The translations under genes and the position numbers were made by a program. Shown here piece by piece: positions 8,701-16,149 of a stretch of DNA of 18,742 bases. Every line of letters starts with the position of its first letter. Positions within the stretch are counted from its first letter, which is position 1. The notes under the pieces are model-generated. The model had not been told where the DNA came from and made no database searches. It saw nothing but the letters and a program-made list of their open reading frames with translations. This stretch comes from Methanobacterium sp. (GTDB lineage Archaea > Methanobacteriota > Methanobacteria > Methanobacteriales > Methanobacteriaceae), in contig PMWA01000075.1 in NCBI GenBank assembly GCA_003166335.1, forward strand, positions 1 through 18,742. The letters are read 5' to 3'.

Positions 8701-10567
8701 CGGAGCATTCCTAAGGGGAAAAAATTTAGTGGTAATGGGTGATACTAAACAATTACCCCCTACATCCTTCTTTGAAAACATGGTGGAAGCGGACGATAAT
8801 GAAGATTACGAATTAAGTTCATTAAAAGACATGGAAAGCATTCTACACTTATGTAAAAAAAGCGGATTTCCCACTAAAATGTTAAGATGGCATTATAGAA
8901 GTCGTCACGAATCACTAATAGCAGTATCCAACCATCTATTCTACAGCAACCAACTCCTCATATACCCCTCACCAAGCAATGATTCAGAAAAACTTGGATT
9001 AAAATTTATACATCTACCAGAAGCTATCTACGATAGCGGCAGAAACTCGGGAAACATCGTAGAAGCAAAAGCAGTAGTACAAGCTATAATCGAGCATTAT
9101 CAAACTTATGGAAACACTAAAAGTCTCGGTGTGGGAACCTTCAATCTAAATCAAAGACGCTTAATAGATGATTTCCTTGAAATCGAACGTAAAAAAAATC
9201 CTGAGATAGAAGAATACTTCACTGAAAATAAATTTGAAAAATTCTTCATAAAAAACTTGGAAACCATCCAAGGAGATGAAAGAGACGTTATATTCGTAAG
9301 TGTAGGTTTTGGATTTGATAAAAACCGTAAACTAAGTCATAACTTTGGACCAGTTAACCGTGAAGGCGGTGAAAGACGGTTAAATGTTCTCTTCACCCGA
9401 GCCAGAGAAAAATGTGTTATATTCTCCAACTTCAAACACTCCGATCTCAAACTCGCAGCTAACGCTCCATTTGGGCTAAGAGCATTGAAAACATTCTTAG
9501 AATACGCTGAACACCGTCAACTTATAGATTATGAATTACCACTTGAAAACATGGATTCACCCTTTGAAGAAACCGTCTTTGAATTCCTTAAGAATAGTAA
9601 ATATGAAATCCATAAACAAGTTGGTTGCGCTGGTTTCAGAATAGATCTCGCTGTCGTAAACCCAAATTCACAAGGAGAATACTTATTAGGCATAGAATGT
9701 GACGGAGCTACCTATCACAGTTCACCCGTCGCCCGTGATAGAGATAGACTACGCCAACAAGTATTAGAAGGACTCGGCTGGAAAATCCATAGAATATGGT
9801 CAACAGATTGGTACAGAAACCGAGAAGAAACCACAAAACGGCTTCTAAAAGCTATAGTAGACGCTGAAAACAGCGAAAACATCACGGAAATCAACATCCA
9901 AAAAGAAGAACCATCACCAGAAGAAATAATTGAAGAGTCATTTGAACCTACAGTAGACGATGAAATCTATTCCCCTGAAGAAAGTTTAGATGATGGAATC
10001 TATACTCCTGAAGTAAATTTAGAAGATCCAGTATCTAACTATGAAATTTGTAATACTATTACAATCGATAAAACTTCCCCATTACATGAAAAATCATCAC
10101 TTGAACTATCACGAGCAATAATTCAAATAGTAGATTTTGAAGGTCCCATTCACATTAATGAAGTTATAAAACGTGTACGATTATATTGGGGACTGAAAAA
10201 AGCAGGTAAAAGAATCAAAGATGCTATCACATCTGCAGTAGTGGTAGCTGAACAAAATGATGAAATTTTTATCAAAGATAATTTTCTTTATCCATTCAAT
10301 GGTATAATAAAAGTACGTCGACGAACTGGAGATCCACCGGCAAATATTGATTTAATAAGTCCAGAAGAAATAGAAGAAGCAGTTAAAATAGTTTTAAAAA
10401 CACAGCACGCTACACCGATGAAAGATTTATATACACAAGTAGCAAGATTATTTGGATTCAAATCCACTAGCAAAAAAACAGCTAATAAAATCAAAACATC
10501 GATAAAAAATCTCATAGATGAAAAAGAACTTGTAGAAACATCAAATGGAATGATAAACATACCATAA
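5759..10567 (+). CDS. DUF4011 - SF1 (Upf1/DNA2-like) helicase - Vsr/MTES_1575-type endonuclease - DUF3320 protein; Hhe-type defence architecture
   Basis: DUF4011 (LLDLTMRNPLLNF ... EEQGYNILYLALGFLEW ... APLILIPV). Helicase motifs: DADSSQ, Walker A GPPGTGKSQT, VLFVSEKMAAL, MMSPLSVAQF, Walker B FDEASQ, GDTKQLPPT, HYRSRHESLI, ETIQGDERD, RRLNVLFTRAR. Nuclease: SPFEE..GFRIDL..GIECDGATYH..RDRLRQQVLEGLGWKIHRIWSTDW. C-terminal DUF3320-like EGPIH..RV..WG..KAGKRI. Confidence 0.93.
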   Translation: MIIIISHKVELEKQLDHLRENLLDLTMRNPLLNFRPGAKSIQVINDIAPEIYDLLILQEKKLQFLPTKQEDEPDKELSSEEDDPNLTEEEAGILWELSTPEDNAAKGHQDLFLHTKFNSMELQKRLRYINQQAKSVFEEQGYNILYLALGFLEWREYQDSQKIRKAPLILIPVKLTRKKVGDSFKLNWTGEDILTNISLQSKLEEQGVYLPDFEMLEEKEVVNEYLQAVKKSVSKIKNFNVLNETYLSFFSFTKFVMFQDLNPKSWPESYTFNKNPIIKDLFDKGDESYDKGFSEEDVDRKLKSKDVYNVLDADSSQIAVIEDGKSGRNLVVEGPPGTGKSQTIVNLIAEIMASGKTVLFVSEKMAALEVVKNRLDHIGLGEFCLELHSHKSNKLEVLNQLQKTLYEPVKPPVSLKHKFDKLDTIKSELNKYAEIIHENVGELEFSPFELFGIKEEALIHFQKKEMEMPYVEMGDLRSYTDEEWRESITKLSDITELLKTLKPISQHPWRLSRPDIILPADENKINNLLYQSINILNNISNEITTLINISGVKTPKNMGELDESLEISQMIANSVLIDEEIINNLQWDDPKSTANRLIKELREFQLIIKDYNPSTLDKNLKSISIKFKKLSNKRLKFLSGDYKKTKLEIESFYFKETPHSDEDILTDLNQLIKCKKIRDNIRASKKEALSCFGSQWKGEESDPENLHEFTRRIIKFRKLLSEAKITQKSIEILNSGQNKVQIQQNIDNIDKYYQNLINKIDGFIKYLKMDFTSIFHVNFTSIPFENLKSQIESLQTELPKLLIWSQYSARKRELPQITKPLIRLFENDKIDSDDIIPCFKGNFADNLLKSIFMENTVLSSFVGDLHENKIDKFIKLDQELLILNRKRITQEISQKKPIIGGNTTKRSELGILLSEFNRKRRHMPIRKLLSAAGGLIQQIKPCFMMSPLSVAQFIEPENVDNLLFDVIIFDEASQVKPEDALGAFLRGKNLVVMGDTKQLPPTSFFENMVEADDNEDYELSSLKDMESILHLCKKSGFPTKMLRWHYRSRHESLIAVSNHLFYSNQLLIYPSPSNDSEKLGLKFIHLPEAIYDSGRNSGNIVEAKAVVQAIIEHYQTYGNTKSLGVGTFNLNQRRLIDDFLEIERKKNPEIEEYFTENKFEKFFIKNLETIQGDERDVIFVSVGFGFDKNRKLSHNFGPVNREGGERRLNVLFTRAREKCVIFSNFKHSDLKLAANAPFGLRALKTFLEYAEHRQLIDYELPLENMDSPFEETVFEFLKNSKYEIHKQVGCAGFRIDLAVVNPNSQGEYLLGIECDGATYHSSPVARDRDRLRQQVLEGLGWKIHRIWSTDWYRNREETTKRLLKAIVDAENSENITEINIQKEEPSPEEIIEESFEPTVDDEIYSPEESLDDGIYTPEVNLEDPVSNYEICNTITIDKTSPLHEKSSLELSRAIIQIVDFEGPIHINEVIKRVRLYWGLKKAGKRIKDAITSAVVVAEQNDEIFIKDNFLYPFNGIIKVRRRTGDPPANIDLISPEEIEEAVKIVLKTQHATPMKDLYTQVARLFGFKSTSKKTANKIKTSIKNLIDEKELVETSNGMINIP
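9954..10019 (+). repeat. 33-bp in-frame tandem duplication (two copies plus a partial third) in an acidic linker
   Basis: tagacgatgaaatctattcccctgaagaaagtt / tagatgatggaatctatactcctgaagtaaatt, 27/33 identical, encoding DDEIYSPEESL / DDGIYTPEVNL. Confidence 0.8.
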
Positions 10568-10590
10568 ATAAATAAAATTCAAAATACTAA

Positions 10591-10698
10591 TCATTCTATA
10601 CCCCTGATGAAATGGGGGGAGGGTGAATATTTCCCTTCATTCATAATTCCAATAGCATTTGGGAAAAACACTTGCCATATTTCTTTTACTTGCACCAT
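10591..10698 (-). CDS. Unannotated 35-aa ORF (MVQVKEIWQVFFPNAIGIMNEGKYSPSPHFIRGIE) directly downstream of the Nmad3 gene; micro-protein or 5' remnant of a gene
   Basis: AGGAGGT Shine-Dalgarno (minus strand, 10714-10708) 9 nt before ATG 10698, which lies 32 nt after the Nmad3 stop. TGA at 10593-10591. Below the ORF-track length cut-off. Confidence 0.5.
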   Translation of the reverse strand: MVQVKEIWQVFFPNAIGIMNEGKYSPSPHFIRGIE

Positions 10699-10730
10699 CT
10701 TTACATAACCTCCTATATAATGATGGTTTT

Positions 10731-11435
10731 TTATATTTGGAGTATTCTCCTTAAATTAATTAAATTATCCTCGTTTTTAATTAATCTAGGCGGTATGCTT
10801 CTTTGGATTGAACCCGTAATACCCAATTGTTTTTCCATCTCTGGTGAAACTGCATGATAAGATCTACCTCTCTTATCTATTTTTCGACTGCTTATTAGCA
10901 CCGCTTTATCTAATAAAAGGCTTTTAGTTTTATCTCCCACTACAATTACCAGATCATGATAATTATAACTTCTTTTTATATGAGCATTATTATTATAAAG
11001 AAAAGAAGTTACTTCTGTTTCACTTTTATTTAATCGGTTAAAGTCAATAATCCTATTTATTGTGAAATAACCTATGATATACAATGCTTCATCAAATATA
11101 CTATTCTTAAACGGAGTTAAACCCGCATAAAAAACTAAAAGATCATCCTTATCCAACTTCAATAAATATTTTCTTTTACCTTTCAGATCTCCATAAGTAA
11201 AAGTTTCAAATTCAGGATCATAATGCAATGGAATATTACTAATTCGTTTAGGGAGATAATACGCAAACGGCCGTCCACTACGTCCTATCGTATTCTTATA
11301 AGTCCTTGATTCAGTGGAATCAGGATCATCTTCAGGTATAGGTATATATTCAAATGAACCATCCTCCAATATTGGAGCTAACGCTCCACCACAACCCTTA
11401 TCAATACCAACCCTTAAAAACATAGCATTACTCAT
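10731..11435 (-). CDS. Nucleotide-modification-associated domain 3 (Nmad3)-like protein
   Basis: LRVGIDKGCGG..PILEDGSFEYIPIPE, HYDPEFETFTYGD (HxD motif), LDKDDLLVFYAGL and LYIIGYF match my recollection of the Nmad3 family pattern. GTGAT RBS before the ATG. Confidence 0.8.
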   Translation of the reverse strand: MSNAMFLRVGIDKGCGGALAPILEDGSFEYIPIPEDDPDSTESRTYKNTIGRSGRPFAYYLPKRISNIPLHYDPEFETFTYGDLKGKRKYLLKLDKDDLLVFYAGLTPFKNSIFDEALYIIGYFTINRIIDFNRLNKSETEVTSFLYNNNAHIKRSYNYHDLVIVVGDKTKSLLLDKAVLISSRKIDKRGRSYHAVSPEMEKQLGITGSIQRSIPPRLIKNEDNLINLRRILQI

Positions 11436-11714
11436 TTATAATCACTACAAAATACTTGTATATCCATTCCAAGATTCCTCGAATATAATTCTCATCCTCT
11501 AAAATAAAATAAAAATTTGAATTAAATAAGAATAAACAAATAAATTTTTTCATATCCCTCAAAATAAATATTCATGTCAGGAATCAACTATTAATTTCAT
11601 TAAATAAAAATGTTCCAAAATAATATTTAAATATTTTTCAGTAGTTCTATAAAACATTTTTTATTTTTTTTGGAGCTAAAATACTTTTTATAAAAAAACC
11701 TAAAGAATAAATCT

Positions 11715-11744
11715 AAAAAAAATTTCCGTATAAATCGGAATATT
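11715..11744 (-). terminator. Possible terminator of the alpha/beta hydrolase gene
   Basis: TTCCG/CGGAA inverted repeat followed on the minus strand by a T8 tract, about 50 nt past the stop at 11796. Confidence 0.35.
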
Positions 11745-11795
11745 ATAATATCAAGGATTAAAAATTAATAAAATCATTTTATTGTTAAACTATTT

Positions 11796-12539
11796 TTAGA
11801 AACTTTGGAGAAATTCTAGTATATAACCAACTGCTATATCTTGTTGTTCTTCTCTACTAATGGTACTGTTATTATCTCCCGCTTGAACTCCATAATCACC
11901 AAAGTTGTAATGATTGCCACCAGGTATGGTTACAAAAGTTGTATTAGCTGGGAATTTATTAAGATTTTGATATATATCTTGACTGGTTGTGAGATTATCA
12001 AGTGAACCTCTAAGTGATAATGCTTTAAAAGTAGCATTGGAAGCATTTTCATCGGGATAAGCACCTAAATATATAACGCCTTTAATTTTATTTTGATGAT
12101 TTAATGCATAGTCCGATGCAAAAACACCACCCAATGAATGGCCCGCAATTACCCAGGTACTTATTTCTTTATGTTGAGCTATGACTTGATCAGCTTTATT
12201 TACATCAAAAATTGCTAAGTTAAAAGGCATTTTCACGATTATAGTAGTATAACCATTAGTAGCAAGTTGAGAAGCGATAACAGAATAAGATTCAGCCTGA
12301 ACTTTAGCACCCGGATAAAATATTACTCCAGTACTACTCTGATTATGAGTAGGAGTAAATGTAATAAAATTACTATTATCAACTACAGTATAATTATCAT
12401 TTGAGCTAAGCGCTGCTAAAGCTATACTATCCGCATGATAATAATCAGAAACATAATAAGTAAAACTGGCTCCTGCTATTAGAACAACAGCTAAAACTAT
12501 TATAAGAATTAACTTATTTTTAGATTTAATAAATTTCAT
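11796..12539 (-). CDS. Membrane-anchored/secreted alpha/beta hydrolase (Abhydrolase_5-like carboxylesterase)
   Basis: N-terminal hydrophobic anchor, IFYPGAKV oxyanion region, nucleophile elbow GHSLGG, acid GSLD and His in GGNHYNFGDYG. Confidence 0.9.
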   Translation of the reverse strand: MKFIKSKNKLILIIVLAVVLIAGASFTYYVSDYYHADSIALAALSSNDNYTVVDNSNFITFTPTHNQSSTGVIFYPGAKVQAESYSVIASQLATNGYTTIIVKMPFNLAIFDVNKADQVIAQHKEISTWVIAGHSLGGVFASDYALNHQNKIKGVIYLGAYPDENASNATFKALSLRGSLDNLTTSQDIYQNLNKFPANTTFVTIPGGNHYNFGDYGVQAGDNNSTISREEQQDIAVGYILEFLQSF

Positions 12540-12591
12540 TATTTACTACCTTTTATATTTGAAATCAACACTCCAATAAACATTAGATATA

Positions 12592-12832
12592 TTATAGGGT
12601 TGTTAAACAGTCTGATAAATTTTCTCCAGTCACCGGTGCGGTCACAGAAATCTTAGATTTCTGATGATTGCCACCGAAAATATAATTAGCTAATATTCTA
12701 AATCTTTTGTTCAAGGCAGAATTATAATCTGCTTCTAAATCAACCTGAGCCACTATATAAACATCAAATTTTCTAATCTCAATATTTCCATCCATACTCT
12801 CAACATTATAACTTGGACTTTCAATTGGCCAA
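12592..12832 (-). pseudogene. SOUL heme-binding protein pseudogene (frameshift near the start, 3' truncation)
   Basis: IESPSYNV..IEIRKF..FRILANYIFGGN..KISVTAPV is the SOUL N-terminal signature. GGAGGG at 12846-12841 precedes TTG 12832, which reads TTG GCC AAT TGA; removing one base gives MAIESPSY in frame with the SOUL sequence. The frame stops 12 codons after TAPV, far short of a full SOUL domain. Confidence 0.8.
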
Positions 12833-13007
12833 TAAAAAAACCCTCCATTATGTTAATTATGTATATTTTCTGTAAAGAATTTTTTCATAATAACTGAATT
12901 CAATGAAAAAAATATAATTAAATGGTTAAAAAAATATTTAAAATAAAAAAAATTTAACATTTTTTTTAAAAAATCGATGAAATAAAATTTTTAGGTGGAT
13001 TTTCAAA

Positions 13008-13952
13008 ATGCAAAAAACTCTAATAATTTATGAAAGTAAATATGGAACTACTGAAAAGATTGCCAAATATTTATCTCTAGTTTTAGGACCTGCAAAATAT
13101 TGTAAAACAACCGAATTTAACGGGGAATATAAAGATTTTAATTTAATCATACTGGGATCTCCCATCTACACTGGAAAAATAGTGCCTAAAATATCTGATT
13201 TTATTGAAAAAAACATTGATTGGTTAAAAACGAAGAAAATTGCCCTATTCTGCACCTGTATAAGTAGCAAAGATGGTGATGAAAATTTAATTAAACTCGA
13301 GAAAACTTTAAGAAATGTTCTCACGAAAAAAGCTTTAGGGGGAATATTAGAACTTAATAAATTAAATGAGGCGGATTCACTAGCTTTAAAAGAATTCAGT
13401 AAGATAATAGGATTCAATTTTGATGATATAGATAATTTTAATTTAGAAGAAGTCATAAACTATGCCCTTGAAATTAAATCCTTAAAAGATGATTTAAACC
13501 CATTAATGCCATATTTACAACTCAAAAACGCCATAGAAGAATTTTTAAATAGTCACAATACATGCACACTTTCCACATCCTATAAAGAAAGAGTCAGATC
13601 AACACCAATAGAATACACTTATAATAACGGTTTTATTTACTTAATAAGTGAAGGTGGAGAAAAATTTGCTAATTTACTACTGAACAACAAAGTTTCTATG
13701 GCAGTTTATGAGGATTACAGTGGAATGAATAATCTAGCGGGGATGCAAATAACTGGCATAGCATCAATAATTGAAAAAAATAAAGAAGAATACAAAGATA
13801 TAATAATTATGAAAGGTTTAAACTTAAATTTTATCAATAATATGGCTGTGAATATGAATATTATAAAAATAAAGATATTAAAAATTGAATTTTTATATTC
13901 CAAATTTAAAAAATTGGGTTACGAGCCTAAACAAATCTTCATCTACGATTAA
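13008..13952 (+). CDS. Flavodoxin-domain (HemG/Flavodoxin_5-like) + pyridoxamine-5'-phosphate-oxidase-like split-barrel fusion protein
   Basis: Flavodoxin part: IIYESKYGTTEKIA FMN-phosphate loop, ILGSPIYTG, KKIALFCTC. Split-barrel part: FLNSHNTCTLSTS..VRSTPIEY..EGGEKFANL..NNKVSMAVY..GMQITG. Confidence 0.85.
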   Translation: MQKTLIIYESKYGTTEKIAKYLSLVLGPAKYCKTTEFNGEYKDFNLIILGSPIYTGKIVPKISDFIEKNIDWLKTKKIALFCTCISSKDGDENLIKLEKTLRNVLTKKALGGILELNKLNEADSLALKEFSKIIGFNFDDIDNFNLEEVINYALEIKSLKDDLNPLMPYLQLKNAIEEFLNSHNTCTLSTSYKERVRSTPIEYTYNNGFIYLISEGGEKFANLLLNNKVSMAVYEDYSGMNNLAGMQITGIASIIEKNKEEYKDIIIMKGLNLNFINNMAVNMNIIKIKILKIEFLYSKFKKLGYEPKQIFIYD

Positions 13953-14108
13953 AAAGTAAAAATAAGTTTATTTTAATGAGTTAAAAATGACGGTTTTTTT
14001 TAGGATTATTTGACTACCATTAAAAATTAAATTAATTTCCTAAACTAATTTAAGAAAATTGTAAAATAATAGGTTAATTACTTTTGTAATAAACTGGGAG
14101 GTGTTAAT

Positions 14109-14400
14109 TTGGATGATGAAGATGAAATTAGGAATATGAGTAATAAAGAGCTTCACGAAAAATGTATGACGTTTTTCTTTGATATTACAAGTCTGTAAAG
14201 ATAAACCGGTGCTGCTTACTGCTGAAGAAAAAGATAAAGCTGAATCTTTATTTAGAAAATCTATTAGCAGGATGGAAAACTCTACTGATTCAATTGATCT
14301 TCTTAGATCTTGTGCTTTTGCTCTTCTAAACCTTATTAAGGAATCACATGACAAAGAAAATGATATTCCATCCTGGATTCGTGATTGGAAACCAAAATAA
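14109..14400 (+). pseudogene. Small hypothetical gene split by a +1 frameshift (about 96 aa if joined)
   Basis: GGAGGTG at 14097-14103 precedes TTG 14109, giving MDDEDEIRNMSNKELHEKCMTFFFDITSL* (stop 14196-14198). The track ORF 14179..14400 lies in the +1 frame and starts inside the TTTTTCTTT run with no RBS of its own. Confidence 0.6.
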
Positions 14401-14582
14401 ATATTCCGCTTTATATTCTACTTATTTGTCTGGTTTAGTTATGAAATGGATGAGAGCATTTTTTTTAATATTCCTCAAGTAATATTCATATATTCTGACT
14501 GGAAAATTGAGATTAACTTATTTGATGAGAATAAAGACCCTTATAAATCCCTTGAGGAACATTAGATTTTAGTAAAACTTTT

Positions 14583-16094
14583 TTAGATCCTTTCCAAGTA
14601 TTTTAACTCTTTGAATCTGATGGTGTATTTAGTTCCATGACTGCTGTCCAGTTCTATTGAACCATCAAGCTGATTTACAAGTGAATTTATTAATTTAAGT
14701 CCTAAAGTAGATTCCACATTTCTAAAATCAAGATTCTCAGGAAATCCAATACCATCATCACTGATTACTAATTCATACTCTTCATCATGGGAATGTAGGT
14801 ATACCGATATATCACCAGTTTTATCATCTGGAAATGCGTATTTCAAGCTGTTAGAGACGAGTTCGCTTATTATTAAACCAAGCGGTATTGATGTGTCAAT
14901 ATTTAAATAAATTTGGTCAACATTTATTTTAGGTATGTTGGTGTTGTGATAAGAATGAAATAATGTAGTGGTTAGTCTTTCTATGTAGTTGGAGAAGTTG
15001 ATACCACTTATATCTTCGGATTGATAAAGCATTTCATGTATCGTAGCCATGGATAATACTCTATTCCTGCTCTCCTTTAAAACACTCAAAGCTTTCGCGT
15101 TTTCTTGCACGTAAACTTCTTGAAGGCTTAACAATGATGAAATAATTTGCAGGTTATTTTTAACCCTATGGTGAATCTCCTTTAATAAAATATTTTTTTC
15201 TTCCAACGCCTTGGTGATTTTCTCCTGTGCTTTTTTAGCTTCAGTTATATCGCGTATAGACTCTATAGCACCTGTAATGTTATAGTTATTATCATATAAT
15301 GGAACAGCTTTAATTCCGAGTATATGATAATCACCCATTAAATAGACATTAACCTCAGCTAAAAGAGCATTTCCATCTCTTCTAATAAAATCATAATCCT
15401 TCTCAACTTCTTTATCATAATTTAACACGAGATCAATTAATACTGGTTTTCTTTTATTAAAAAAGGGTACAGCATAAGCATAATTCCCTTTACCTAACAT
15501 TTCATCAGCTTTGACTCCGCTCATCTCCTCAATAGCCCGATTCCAAGCAATTACCCTACTAAATCCATCAATAACAAATGTAGCATCAGGTAAAAACTCG
15601 ATAATTTCAGATAAACCCTGTTCATATTCTTTCAGTAATTTAACATTATAATATTTTGATTTAAAGCGAGGCGAGCTTCTAGTGATGGTATTTTTAATTG
15701 TACGAATTAAAATCTTGTCATTGAATTCACCATGAACTAAATAATCCTCTGCACCATGCTCCACAGTTTGCTGTCCAATATGCTCATCAAAATCAGTTGT
15801 CAATGTAATAATAGGCTTATCGGGATATTTCTCATATAATATACTGAATGATTCTAAACCGTCCTCATGAGGTAGTTGTAAGTCGAAGATAATAATATCA
15901 AATTCATTTTCAGCAAAATAATTCAAACTTTCCGCTAGAGTTTTAGCGATAATTAATTTAAACTTATCCTGATCATTCAGCATTTCCACTATTAAATTAA
16001 CCCTAGAAACATTATTTCCTATTAAAAGAATCCGAATTAAGGGATTATTATTCAACAGATAAAAATCCCCCAAGTATTCAAATACAACAGCCAC
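14583..16094 (-). CDS. Sensor histidine kinase: receiver-like + PAS/PAC + HisKA_2 + HATPase_c
   Basis: REC (DIIIFDLQLP), PAS (EFLPDATFVID..WNRAIEEMSG..GAIESIRDITE), HisKA_2 H-box LLKEIHHRVKNNLQ, N-box ELVSNSLKYAF, G1 SDDGIGF, G2 TLGLKLI. The real start may be TTG 16055, which follows GGGGGA. Confidence 0.93.
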   Translation of the reverse strand: MAVVFEYLGDFYLLNNNPLIRILLIGNNVSRVNLIVEMLNDQDKFKLIIAKTLAESLNYFAENEFDIIIFDLQLPHEDGLESFSILYEKYPDKPIITLTTDFDEHIGQQTVEHGAEDYLVHGEFNDKILIRTIKNTITRSSPRFKSKYYNVKLLKEYEQGLSEIIEFLPDATFVIDGFSRVIAWNRAIEEMSGVKADEMLGKGNYAYAVPFFNKRKPVLIDLVLNYDKEVEKDYDFIRRDGNALLAEVNVYLMGDYHILGIKAVPLYDNNYNITGAIESIRDITEAKKAQEKITKALEEKNILLKEIHHRVKNNLQIISSLLSLQEVYVQENAKALSVLKESRNRVLSMATIHEMLYQSEDISGINFSNYIERLTTTLFHSYHNTNIPKINVDQIYLNIDTSIPLGLIISELVSNSLKYAFPDDKTGDISVYLHSHDEEYELVISDDGIGFPENLDFRNVESTLGLKLINSLVNQLDGSIELDSSHGTKYTIRFKELKYLERI

Positions 16095-16149
16095 ACATCG
16101 AAACTTTTTTTTTATTTAATTTAAATATATAAATTCATTATACTAATTT

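Noticed and set aside
9715..10560. Minus-strand ORFs 9715..9897 and 10288..10560
   Set aside because: Antisense shadows of the helicase gene.
10672..11502. Plus-strand ORFs 10672..10857 and 11314..11502
   Set aside because: They overlap the Nmad3 gene antisense, lack an RBS and have atypical composition.
13166..13903. Minus-strand ORFs 13166..13456 and 13715..13903
   Set aside because: Antisense shadows of the flavodoxin fusion.
14040..14354. 104-aa minus-strand ORF
   Set aside because: The plus strand has the strong RBS and protein-like composition, so this is its shadow.
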